A DNA stretch of 62,858 nucleotides, the filler included, from Sphaeroforma arctica JP610 (taxonomy: Eukaryota): assembly GCF_001186125.1 (NCBI RefSeq). It is 4 parts of one record of this genome, joined end to end, with 100 filler letters (N's around TTAATTAATTAA, not from the genome) between each part and the next. Parts side by side here need not be neighbours in the genome. Positions count along the whole stretch, not along the records: positions 25,328 to 54,942 come from NW_014040553.1; 3 more parts are not named here. The stretch is one strand, 5' to 3'. The stretch's first letter is position 1. Each line of letters begins with the position of its first letter. Shown in pieces: positions 25,417 through 38,254 of the stretch. The notes beneath the pieces were generated by a model. That model was not told the DNA's origin. It ran no database searches and saw nothing but the letters and a program-made list of their open reading frames with translations. The position numbers were made by a program, and so were the translations under genes.

Positions 25417-28400
25417 GGGACGAAATGCGTGTTGCAGCTCAACTTTTGGAGGATACAAAGCAGGAACCGCCCGATTCTGTTTTTCAGGTATGTACAATTG
25501 TTGTAAAATTTTATTAGTAGTCGATATAATTTAATTTTAGCTAGATGTATTTTCGATCATGAAAGTGTTTTTTTATTTGATCCAGTTCAATTGTGGCGGA
25601 CGTCGATTGTTGCTGCACATGCCGTCTTGACTTCGTTTCATGTACAGTGCGTTTGTTGATTTATTTTTCGGGGCCAAACTGGTTTTTTAGCCACCCAATA
25701 TAGCATTCTGTGGGATATTGTAAATGAGCGAGAACATATCTGCAATTTCAGAATCTTGCACCATCTCTTTTTGTTCACTTTAGGGCTATGAACCAGTCCA
25801 ATTTTTCCTTGATGCGCCCAACTCAATCGCGAGAAAATTGACGGATGGGGCGTTGAGTTATCTCAATGTGGGTCTGGTGTACAACATCTCGGCGAAGAAA
25901 ATTCCCGGCAATACTGTAGGAAGTGATCCCGTACACACTATTATTTCACTATTAATAGATGGCAAGGATGACAACTCTGTCGTGCACTGGGAACAGTGGC
26001 AGAAAACTTGTGCAGCGCAATTCAATATGAATTCGGCAAATCACCCACATTCGGGAGCCAAGATCGGCATGACGTCAGCACCCACACGGCCAATCAACGC
26101 GTTAGCAACAAAGGCTCAAGGAATCACAAATCTTACAAAGCCCAGGATAAATAGTTTGTCGTTCTACTGGACACCAAGTGAAGGATTTAAATTGCCCATA
26201 CAGGTTTACTGCTTGTCGACTGACTTTGTAACACAAAAGGGCGTAGCCGGCATGCCGTTTAAGATACAGGTGCGTTGATACGAGAATATAGTAGTGTAAT
26301 CGTAATTATAGCCAGATTAATGTGTATATCTATGATGCTTGTTGCTGATATGGTCTGCCTGCATCGGGTATTGAGCACGTACAAATGGTTCATTCGGCTA
26401 TTGTAGGTTTCTTATTCATACTACACTTTCAAATATAGGTGGACATACTCAACGCCAAAAGCACGGGAACCGAGTCTCTCTACCGATCACAGTGTCTGAT
26501 AAAAGTGTTCAGACCTAACGGTGCTGAACGTAAGCATAAAGAAGAGAGCAAGAGCGAGGAGAAGAGATTGCTCAAGCACATGAAGAAAAGTGGTCCCGCG
26601 GTGTTTACTAACCCTTTCTTTCAAGAATCAAAATACACAACATTTACTTCAATACCAGCGTTGGGACCACCTCCAGTCCAGTTTGCCGATAAGCCTCTGG
26701 ACTCTCTACCACTGGTCGCTACTGGGGACGTTATGGGTGTGCTGTCTGAATTCAACATCGACAGCACAATGTATGTTTTCTTTATTAGCTTAAGGCACCT
26801 CTGCATCTCCGCGGAGTGTTAGTATATCGTATATCTATTAATACCAGAGAATTTGTCGGTTTTTTATCAAATACCACCAGAGTAGATGCGTGTACCTGTA
26901 TGCGATGACAGGCAAATGGTCAGTCAGGAAGTGTGGGCGTACTACAATAATGCTTTGCAGCCACAACTCTTGTCAATATGTGACTAGGGTGTGTGGTAGT
27001 GAATGAAAGGATCAGGTCGCGTCTATAATTTGTTGACTCAGATTTCTTCACAGTAGCTGTACGTAATCATCCGCATATGGGAATATTAATCAGTAATCTG
27101 AATCGTATTGCGCTACCCTTGGACGCAATGATATATGAGAAGCTTTTTGTTTGTTTGTTTATTGAGCTTTGGGGAGTCGTTTCATTAGCCAGCTCTAGGG
27201 CTTGATTTGCTCGAAGCTGTTGCTTGTATATTTAATAGTATGTGTTCCTGCGGTCTCTGCAAGGCATATCGCAGATGGTTTCATGTTCACCCAAAGTTGT
27301 TGACAAGCGGAAACGCTCCACACTTGCACGTATCTAAAAGGGGTAACTTGGTCATAGCTAACAATCTTGCAACTTTCTATGCTGGTCGTCAGGTTTACTG
27401 AGACACAGGCCCACAGAGATAAGCGGCAGTACATAAGCTCCCCTGTGTCCGCCGGAGAGGAGCACCCCAATTCAAACGCCACTTCGGAGGGACGTAGATC
27501 GCAGAATTACTGTGGGTCTCCCGGTGCCGCCAAGAAGGCGTGGTCTCGGCCAGCTGATTGTAAGTTGAGTCTGTTCAGTTATCTGGACGCTAGTAGTGTG
27601 CACTTCCGAAGCGCCTGATTACAAGTCCATGTGTGTACATTGGTGCCCTTCCTGAGGTTCAGTACACACGCGCCCCTGTATACAGACTGTTGCGCGTGTC
27701 CACACACTTTGTTTTGTCGCCTATCACGGCGTATGCACTCCCAAAGGAGCCAGGTGAATTGATACGCAGGCTACTGTTGATGACTTATGGAACGCCCGCG
27801 GGATTTTCCGATTTAATATACATTGCGGGCGATTTTCTTTGGCGTGGTATATCCAGAGAAGTCTGTGATTGCCTCATTCAAGTTTCTACGTCCGTTATTC
27901 GTACACGAGCATCTCGCGCAGTCTTAGGTATTGTTCACGCTTGGAAAGTGCACGCACTCGGGTTGCGTGCTTGCATGATCGTAGTAGAATCTCGCGAACT
28001 CGAGCTTCTAGAACTCAAACTTGAACACTGACCTTTTACTCGGAAAGCACCAGAGGGCGATAGGAAATTATACGTAATTGAAAATCTGGAGGGCTGCTTG
28101 ATTCTGTATTTCAGCGATTTCGCTTACAAAGACGTAGGTCGCGAGATCAGGAGTTAGCGAGGTTATTCTCATTTTCTCCCATTTACCAGCGCCACGGGTG
28201 CATTCCCTATTCATGGTTTTTATTTCCGTGCGGCTTCTCTCCATCTACAGACACTACACTGTACTTAAAAATTGAGGACGAAGAAGCCTACCACGCCATC
28301 TATTTGTACGAAAAAGACCTGGACGAGCTGAAACTCAAGGTAATTGTTCAGTACGCCCGGCTGCGTATTTTGATGTCACTGTGCGGCTTCCATCCTATTT

Positions 28401-28988
28401 GTGTACTCTCTGACCTGACTCGCATTTTTTTTTCATAGATTGCACAACGGTATCACAAGTCAGCGGAAAATATACGCAAAATATACAAACGAACGAAAAA
28501 GGGAATCTTAGGTATGTTACGAATAGGCTTATTGTTTGGAGGCGCTTCTATGGCCCCTCTTTCTTGTCTTTTTTTATTTATGTATCAAGTATATCAATGA
28601 ACTTGTTCGATGACAGCGAAATTAGTTCCCTGGGCTACAGAATAATCAAATCAGCCAGCTGTGCTTAAATGTTGTCATCTTGTATGCTTGCTTTTTTTAT
28701 TTAATATCAATAGTCAATGTGGATTCCGAGATGGTAGCACGGATAGAGGATGAGTCTGATTTCATTCTAACGCTTAAGGAGGACCCCGTTACCTCTGCAG
28801 ACTCGTTTTATTGCATCATTTGCCCCAATTTTGGCGACCCTATTCCCAGTTCGACAAAACGGCAGTCGAAGAAAAGGTTATCGTCGTCTCACTCAAGCGC
28901 CTCGAGGTCTTCGTCTATAAAGTCGCTGTCACCGCCGGTTATCGCTAATACAGATTTGCTGGATGAAAATCACGATGAAAGCGATTAG
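25417..28988 (+). CDS. Grainyhead/CP2-family transcription factor (GRH-like, no SAM domain seen); 5' end probably in the gap
   Basis: Exons approx. 25417-25487, 25784-26269, 26439-26770, 27393-27559, 28251-28339, 28439-28512, 28713-28988. CP2 DNA-binding motifs FFLDAPNSIARKLTDGALSYLNVG, VYCLSTDFVTQKGVAGMPFKIQVD, CLIKVFRPNGAERKHKEE; C-terminal domain YHAIYLYEKDLDELKLKIAQRY...IYKRTKKGILVNVDSEMV...DESDFIL. Confidence 0.9.
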
Positions 28989-30367
28989 GTTACAGTGTGC
29001 TGGATTACGGCCAAACACTATTATAATAAAATATTAGGTTCCAATAACGTATATCATCGTTCTACCATCAATCATCGAAGCTGCAGATATACTGAGTGAT
29101 AAATGTAATTGGCAAACCGAAGTTGCCCAGAATACAGCTGTACAAAGCAATTCAACCCAAATCTTAGTCGAGTCTTCAATTACAAGATGCTACAAGCTGA
29201 TGCCATAGGTTGTATCGTATCTCCATCATACCTGACACTATTTTGACTTGTAACATTTCAATAATAATGGGTCTGGTATTGAAAAAGATAATTTGTTCGC
29301 AGAGAATCGACATTGCCACAAAAGCCAAAATAATGGTTCTGCAGTGGATTTAAGAATTTAAGGTCTCAAAAAACATTCCTCCTTGTGAATCCCGCCCAAT
29401 TTTTAAAAAGCGGCTTATACACCTATTTCATTCTCAGCACTTGTTTTAAAAAAAAAAGTGAACCTCTTTTATGGTGTAGTGTGGTTGTGGAAGCTTTTCG
29501 ACAGAGTGTCTTTTCAGTCAGAGAAGCAACGGAACTAATTACAATGCAACATCGCTGACAGTGCACGACTCTTAATATAACACATTGTATATTATAAATT
29601 GGGTCTCAAAGAGTGTCACGACTCATGACTCAAACAATGTCACAAGCTTTTCAACCCATAACTCCACAAGTCCACCGCACAAAGATGAAAAGTAATTTTT
29701 GACCTCATACAAGCAGCGTTTCGACCGGCAGAATGTATTTATTGATAAGTTTCTAAACCAGAAGCAGTTAAAGACCCGCAAGGTCAGATTTAGCCACATA
29801 GGAAGCGAATTGGATGGCAGTGTGTCAACGCATGTCCCTCTCTACTAGAGAATAAAAATATACCACAACAAGCCATCAAGTTGGCCGTTACCGTGTTCAT
29901 TTTCTCAGTTAATACTTATTATATAAAATCCGATCGACTAAACTGTAACGATTATAGATGTCCAACTTCCAAGGGAAAACTGTTTTTTTTGGAAGGCTAT
30001 GGAAAACCACCGCATAAAAAATTTTTTTTTTTGAATAATCTGGTCGCACTCGCAGGTCATCAGTTCATCACTCATGACTCATCACATTTATGCCATGTGG
30101 CATGAGGGCAAACTGGTGAAACATTCCATATTTTCCTTCAAGATTTTAGGACGGGAAAAAAAGAATAACGACTTCTTTTTTGAATAAAGTTATACGAGTA
30201 ATCATAATTTGGCCGTACCGAGTACCGACTACAGAAGCAGACGGAGCAGCTATACTGCTATTTATATTTACACCCAATTAGGAAAGTTACTACAAGGTTT
30301 TATTGGAATTTTCACATACCCTACTGAATATTTAGGATGAAAATAATAAGCCAATAACATATTAGTA

Positions 30368-30670
30368 TCTCACAGGGCTACAGGGCTACAGGGTACAGGC
30401 TCACAGGTGCTCATTGCTCAGTGCTCAGTTGCTCACCCAACCCCCCTGGGCCAGGCCTGGGGCTTGGGCCCTTGTTGTAATAAGTGGACTCACAAGTCAC
30501 GAGTCACGACTCACGACTCACGAAGTCACGAGACTCACGACTGACTTCAGAAGTTCAGAGTCTCAGTCTCTCAGAGTCTCAGTCTCTCAGAGTCTCAGTC
30601 TCTCAGAGTCTCAGACTCTCAGTCTCAGGGTCAGAGACTCAGAGTGTCACTGTGTCAGTGACAGTGACCC
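30368..30670. repeat. Mosaic of short tandem 'stutter' repeats
   Basis: (cagggcta)n, (gctcagt)n, (tcacgac)n, (tcagagtctcagtctc)n and tgtcactgtgtcagtgacagtgac follow one another. Confidence 0.9.
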
Positions 30671-33600
30671 CGGGACCGCTGATTTTGCTGTTGTACAATA
30701 TGACAATGTTGACATTTGTTTTTGCATTGGAGTCAGTCGCATTCGCTCCACCCCCAAAAAAATCTGCTACTCTCCCTCTCCTCTCTCTCTCTCTTTACTA
30801 CTCTCTAGACACTACTAGCTCTAAAGTATTTAGAGATAGAGTAGTGGAGAGAGAAAGCTTGTTGTTTTAAAAAAGAAAATGAAAGAGAGCGAGTTGAGAC
30901 TTGAGAGTTGAGAGCACTCAACCATCAAGATCAGCATTTATGATTTAAAGAAAAGTTAAGGCTGAATAAAATATAATGTATTTGGGCCTAGGAGTATGAG
31001 ACCTATAGCTTTTTATAATAAAACTATGCTAAAAACATACACAATATGTGTGTATTTGGTTGTTCTTTTAAAGCATTTGTTTGAATAAAAGCCTTCTTTG
31101 GAACATATTGTCCGGGTAAACCTGGTTTCCTTTTTATAATAGTTTTAGAACGATAATCTCTCACCGAATTTTTTTTTAGTAAACAGTTGAAACTTGAAAG
31201 TACAGTCAAACCTTTTCTTACGTCCATGGTCCGATTCAGACCGCAATTTGGACAGAAAAAGAGGTAGACAAAAATCAGGCAAGTAGGGCTGGGAGCTTGG
31301 GGGTTCTACAACTCTCTCCAGAGAAGTATTTGCATACACTTGTACCGTACATGCGTGCATATCAAATGCTTCTTTCTTTAAAGCCTTCAAACATCGACTT
31401 TCTAAATCGTGGTTCAACTGAAGGCATATTCTCTGGCTCAGCTGTTGGCGGTAAGTATCTATATCATTTAGTGGGCAATATCCCCGACTACCATATCTCG
31501 CACGCAGAACAACAATTGGGCGCTCGCACCCAACAGGGGAGTACTACCGCTATTCTTATATATATTAAAAATATTGTATCCTATATCATAAAATACTTGC
31601 TTATCCACTTCTCATTCTTGTTGTGTGAAAGTACAGTGGAGCAACTCCTAATATATTCAGGTACACACTGAGTGTGCATAAGTTTTTGAAGTCACCCCGC
31701 AGAATAAAAAACTGGACAGAAGAAAAGGTAAACAATAAGAGGTAAATAAATAGACAAAAAAGTAGGATTGAATAACGGCCATCTTGATGACAGGCCGCCT
31801 GACTCAAAAATATAACCTACTTTTAGATGGAAAAATACCGTTCGTATTTTCATTGGCCGAGAAATTTATAGTCAGATAAGCCTCAAATGCACGTACAAAC
31901 ATATACGAAGTTGCAGGAGAGACACACTATTTTGTAGTTTATTGCTATTTTCATGCTATTGCCGCTACGACCGCGCCTACAACTGGTGCAACTCTATTGG
32001 CTGTTCTGATCATAGCGAGAAGTAAGTTCCTTCTCTCATGAACACAGGTGCTTTTATCGGACAGAGCACCGCGGTCGTCTAACTCTTTGTTTATGCGCTC
32101 GGACGAACCATCCATCACCCAAGCTTTATCTCCTAAGCTTCTACCAGACTCCTGGGAGCCTCAGATTGAAGCGCTTCAGATCCAACACGCACTCAACGTG
32201 GCTCAAGTTTAGAACATCTCACCACTCATTGTTGGAAGCGTTTGTAACAGCATCAGCGTTGCTGTGAACCACAACTTGTAAGATTAGCATGTTGCGTGTT
32301 CTTACTGTTGTCATTTTTTCTTGTTTCATAGATGTTTTGTCTAAATAGTTTGTTAAGGGCGATCTCCATGTTGTTTGCAGCTATGTTGATCAGTGCTGAA
32401 AGAATTGGGTTGTAGAAGGACTACACACGTCCACTCACTCACAAATTCTCATATGTACACACGCATTCATGCATACTATCACACACAATCACGCGCTCAC
32501 TCACACGTGCTCGTTCAATTACACACATGCTCCCTCACACACGCTCGCTCAATTACACACACGCTCCCTCACACGCGCTCACTATATTTACACACGCCCA
32601 CACAGTCACACACATACGTGTAGTTGTTGTTGTGTAGTATATACGAGTGTTGTACACTTTTCGTTTGAAAAATCGACTAGGATCTTCAATCTTCCCTATT
32701 TTTTTTTGTTTCAAACCATTTTCAAATAAAAAAAATTGCATTTTATCCGAATAATTATTTTGATAAAAAATAAATTGAAAGTTTGGCATGGTAGAAATAA
32801 AAGCACAATGTTTTACGTATACTTTTTGACTTTTAAACGTTGCAACGTTTTTTGCAAACATATTGGCCTGATTTTTTTTTAATTTTTCGACCTAGTAGAT
32901 GCACCTTTTTCTCCATATTCTAGCCACGAAACGCGCAACTGACCGCGCAACTGACCGCGCAACTTGGAGAATGACCCTATGTGTATATTTACTCTATGGA
33001 TATAAAAGTACAACGTTTTACGTATACTTTTTGAAATATAAACGTTGCATCGTAAAACTTTATGAGGTTAGGTCTTGGACCACTTGTCGGGGACCAGCCT
33101 ACAAATGGTTCCGGACAGATTTTAAGTTCGCTAGAAGCAATAGGGACTCTCTATCTCTACAGCTACGCTTTCAGTGATAAAGTCTGTCACGTTTCACATA
33201 TTTATTTATCTTGTATGTAATTATTTATTGTCATTGTAAATACATGCATAAATACATAAAATGTTTTGCTTTTTTATAGTAGTCAGAGCACAACAACAAC
33301 AAAAAAATCATAGTCTACTAAATTGAACATTTTATATATATAAATTTAGAAGGCTATGTAAAAAAACAAAAGTTATAGAAGAAAAAAACAAACAAGAGCC
33401 ATTGCTTTCACTCCTATTCAAATGACCAGAACTTTGGAAGGCTAGACGCTACTAGAGACTAGAGAGTAGACCGTAGAGTGTATAGAGTCTAGACTCTAGA
33501 GAGAGAATCCCAGAAGAGAGCGGGCTGTCTTTGAAATGTATATTAGAACCAATCCGCGAGTAGAGAAAATTGGGACAAGTAGTTTAAAGACGATCTCTCG

Positions 33601-34590
33601 TTGGATGTACTTTCCTAGCTAGCTTTGTTTTTAATGGCTTCACCATGGAATTGAAGTTCAAAGCGAAACTGAAGCCATATTGAAGTCAAAACGAAGACAC
33701 GCCAAGGCTAAGAACCCAAATCGAAGCCAATAGGGTTTACGCAGGAAATCCTTCACTACTAAAAACATAATTATATAGTACCTTGTTCAATCAAATACCG
33801 AATTAAGGTCATCATTTAAAAACAAAATCTATGTAAAATACAAATAGATTGGTGACTGGAAATTCACAAAACATGCTCTATAATTTTGTATAGAAAAAAA
33901 AGAAAGAGAAAAAGATATCACAAATAAATTTTTTTAAATACTGAAACGAAAAAAATAATTTAAAACTGCAAAAAATTATAAAATTCCACTGTATACTCGG
34001 TTAATAAATACACTATTTACATAATACATATCCATCAGTCCATCTCACATGACACAGCACAGTGTCAACTGTCAACCTCTTTATGTCAGAATCAGAAGGC
34101 ATGGGCTGCTCTCTCTCTCTCTTGTGTGTGATTCACAATTGATCATGATTTTTTTTTTTTGGTGTTTTTAAAATAAATAAATATGAATCAGGTTCAGACA
34201 GTTCATGAGTCGTTTTTTTATGGGAAATACAAAAACAATACGATGAATATCGTGAACATTGAAACAAATATTTTTTTATCGAAAGAGTCGATCATCAAAA
34301 TCATAAATTAAATAAAAAATGATCAACGGTGAACGTTGAACCATGATCAAGAAGGTAAAAAAGTATATATGATCATCGGTGAACGGTGAACCCACCACAA
34401 GAGACCTCAGTAGCTGTAGCCAGTTCACAAAAATCTAAATGGTTTGAAACGCACTGTCGTCCAAATTAGTAGAACGTCTTATAAAAAAATAGGAAGCTGA
34501 AAACACACGCTACGTCCCAGGCGAGCAGGTAGTTGCAATCACGACTATTAAGTATACCGCATAAGGCACCTCGAAGTGTATTTGAGCAAA

Positions 34591-37413
34591 ATGGAATCTA
34601 AACAGGAATTGACCAAGCAGAATTCGTCTGTTAGTCTCGCGTCGGGAGGTCGATCGGCCGAAGACATAGACGACGACAACGACGATGGGATGGAAGTCAA
34701 GAGCGAAAAGGAGAACACCTCCAGGTCATTTTGGCGGGGATATAGCTCCACTGAGGATATCATCGGCATGGCCGAGGAAGATATTCCCACTGATTACACA
34801 TCGGAACTGCCTGACAGCCTTGATCGCAAAGGATTGAGGTGGTTGGACTACATCTGCTTTGGGGTGACTGTGCCCTCCCTCGTGTTTTGCATCATATTCG
34901 TGCTGCTATTTGCTGTCCTCCCGAGTGATATGCAGAAGGCATGCAGTTCTGCGCTGACATGGATTGGAAGCAACTTAGGCTGGTTCTACGTGTTGGTAGT
35001 GGCGCTTACGGTGTTAACTCTAACGTACCTATTGTTCTCCATATATGGAGATATCGTCCTGGGAGATGATGATGATGTGCCTGAGTTCTCGACTGGATCG
35101 TGGCTGGCCATGTTATTCAGTGCAGGCATGGGTGTTGGCATGGTGTTCTACGGTGTGGGTGAGCCTCTGTCGTACTATGTGGATCCGCCAATTAGTTATT
35201 ACTCTGGACCTATGCAATGGGCTGTACCGACCACCTTGTTTCACTGGTAAGATTTTTGTCGCTCAGGACGATTTATGTATGGTTATAATATAGAGAAGAG
35301 GGGTTTAAATTTGTATTTAGTCATAATATAGTGTTGCAGATGCGTTTTACCCCTCATGATCATAGCTGGTAGTGTACTTGTCACCTGTTTTGCTGCTCTC
35401 GTCTTTGCTTTTGGTATTTCAAACACTACGCACCGTTTTAACGGCATTCTCTGGTGCTGCATATATGTCATAGTCGTTCTGGTAGTTGCATTTAGCGATA
35501 GGGGAGCACCTATATACTTGGCACGGCTTTGTGCAGCGGGATATGTTTCCTGCTCAATTATACACTATTGTATATTTACAGCTTTTGCTGCTCTCGTCTT
35601 TGCTTTTGGTATTTCAAACACTACGCACCGTTTTAACGGCATTCTCTGGTGCTGCATATATGTCATAGTCGTTCTGGTAGTTGCATTTAGCGATAGGGGA
35701 GCACCTATATACTTGGCACGGCTTTGTGCAGCGGGATATGTTTCCTGCTCAATTATACACTATTGTATATTTACTTTTTTTTCTATTCTATTATTAGGGG
35801 TATAAGCGCGTGGTCTATATATTGCGGACTGAGTCTTGCGTTGTCGTATTTTACGCACCGCCTGAAATTGCCACTGACCTTCCGAAGTGCCATGTACCCG
35901 TTGCTGGGTCGATTCACCGCAGGGGTATGTCAATGTTACTATTGAACGAGTTTTGTGTCAGAACCAGCTATTTCTGTTTACCGGTGTTATATTTTTTTGT
36001 GAGTTCGTTTTTATGCCGCAAATTGAGTGATTCTGAAACGACGAACTGAAGTTGTGAAGTGGCGCTTTGCGAGAGAATGCTGTGCCGGGGCGTGCTCCAT
36101 TTTGCAGAACGGGTTCAATATTGGGTTAACTCGAACCACTGTGTTTCACATGGAGCATCAACCTAACTCGCTTCTTGGCTTTATTTTGTTTACAGTGGCC
36201 GGGACATATCATAGATACTGTAGCTGTCTTCGGCACTATCGGTGGACTGTGCACTTCACTAGGACTCGGTGTGATCAATATTATTGGTGGACTAGATTAT
36301 GTATTTGATATCAAGAATGGTGACCCCACCGATGATATGGCGTGGTTACAGGTAGTTATTGTACTGATAACAACAGTGCTAGCCTGCATATCGATCACTA
36401 CAGGTCTCAGCACTGGTGTGCGAATTCTGTCAAACACAAATGCGGTTATCGCATTGTTCCTGTGCTTCCTGATCTTCGTTCTGTGTGATCCCATCAGACT
36501 GTTGCGGTGCACAGTCGAGAATCTGGGTCTCTATGTCGAGACATTGATTCATCGCACATGGCGTACAGGTTCGTTGAGTGAGCATGAAATGAACTGGATG
36601 ACTAGTTGGACCGTGTTCTATTGGGGCTGGTTCTTCTCCTGGGCACCCTTTGTGTCCATTTTTATTGCGCGGATCTCCAAGGGCCGCACAATCCGACAGT
36701 TCATTGTGTTTGTGCTCGGTGCCCCTACCATGGCTTCCGTTGTCTGGTTCACTGTGATGGGGCAGGCGGCAATCGACACACTGGACGATCAAATTTTAGC
36801 AGGCGCTGACCACCTAAACCCGCCCGTGGATACCATCTACGAATTGGGTATTGAGGCCCAGATTTACGGTCTGCTGAAGGAAATTTGCCCTGAATGGTTG
36901 TACTACACCTTGTCGGTCGTCACGATGATTCTGCTACTAGTGTTCTTTGTCACTTCGTCTGATTCCGGAACTCTTGTAATCGACACCATGGCGTGCGGTG
37001 GTCAAGTGGGATCGCCAAGAATCCTCAAGTGTGTCTGGTGCGTTGCAACCAACGCATGTGCGCTAGTACTGCTTATCTCTGGAGGGTCGGATGCGCTGGT
37101 GGGATTACAGGCCTGCAGTGTGATCATTGGGTTGCCGGTTTCTGTTGCGTACATCTTCATCATACTTGGGTTGCTCGCAGGACTTGCGCGCGATCCCTTC
37201 ATCTTGTCGCAGCCCGCGCCAATTGGCAACGGCAAGCCAATCTACGGCCACTTCACGTACCGCGATGTATGGACTGACCAGGACGGCATAGATGAAAAGG
37301 GGCACCCCAGACGCGCGACTGTAGCGATTGCACATATGCGCCGGTCCTTCGTCTCGTCTCTCAATCCAAAAGCTATGAGTGGCAACGATTTGACTGCAAG
37401 AGCCTCTCATTGA
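34591..37413 (+). CDS. BCCT-family (betaine/carnitine/choline) transporter, 3 exons
   Basis: Exons 34591-35246, 35798-35924, 36196-37413, with phases checked. Motifs PEFSTGSWLAMLFSAGMGVGMVFYGVGEP, TLFHWGISAWSIY, WTVFYWGWFFSWAPFVSIFIARISKGRTIRQF, FFVTSSDSG. Confidence 0.95.
35388..35774. repeat. Exact 192-bp direct duplication (period 195) inside BCCT intron 1
   Basis: 35388-35579 is repeated at 35583-35774, with agc between the copies. Confidence 0.95.
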
Positions 37414-38254
37414 GGGGCGACTCATTATGCATATGAAGTAGCTTTGCAGGGAATGCGTGGGTGCGGCATTTGCGGAGGTAACATTGCTGAAAGCCTCACG
37501 CGAAGGGAATGTGTAGGTACTGCGAGTACTGTAGTATGAATTTATGTGAGTATCACTAGTATCATTTACGTGCCGTTCATGCAGGCATCCGTAGTAAATA
37601 TGGACACCAAATATCGTGTCGGAAATTAACGCTGTTAGAAAATGAAAGGCATAGAAATTTTCTTGTATGTATACGAGTAGGGCAAGACGCGTATATTATT
37701 AGAAGCAGATCGTGACGGTCTGGTCTCATTAAAATCGGTTGAACCAAATTTTGGTGGTTTTAGTCTCGTGTTAATCGATCTCATCCAACGCTCTATTATA
37801 TGGGGCATTAGGGTTTTGATACAGCTGATCCGTAGTCTACACAATGCTCGTGCCTCTTTTTATGTCATGCTTGTGCGCTTCTCGGCTTGAGCACAAATGT
37901 ACCGCATATCAGCTCTGGCGCATATAGAATTACGTCTTAATGTCTGTGATAAATTAGCCATGCATTGCGGATTTATGTGAAGCGAATACTTATTCACGTA
38001 GGCTTAGAGCCGTTTGAGCCATCTTGGTATGTACTGGGAGTAGTAAGCACTAATACACATATATCAAGACTTCTGACCCTGACATGTAGCGACTCAGTCA
38101 TTCTATGACATACCATCATGTGCTCACTGTAAACTTTTCAAACAACACCATGTAGGGTCGTTGGCCGCTCAGCTGCTCAACAACTGGACTTGCACTAGTG
38201 CTAACTCTCTTACATATCGTACTAGTAGGTCGTTGTTACTATATCACTGTGGTG

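Noticed and set aside
31024..32280. Possible gene or transposase remnant (ORFs of 67-124 aa; GTAAGT donors at about 31451 and 32022)
   Set aside because: No recognisable motif and no phase-consistent exon chain could be built.
35356..35805. 149-aa hydrophobic ORF as a separate membrane protein
   Set aside because: It lies in BCCT intron 1 and owes its length to the 195-bp duplication.
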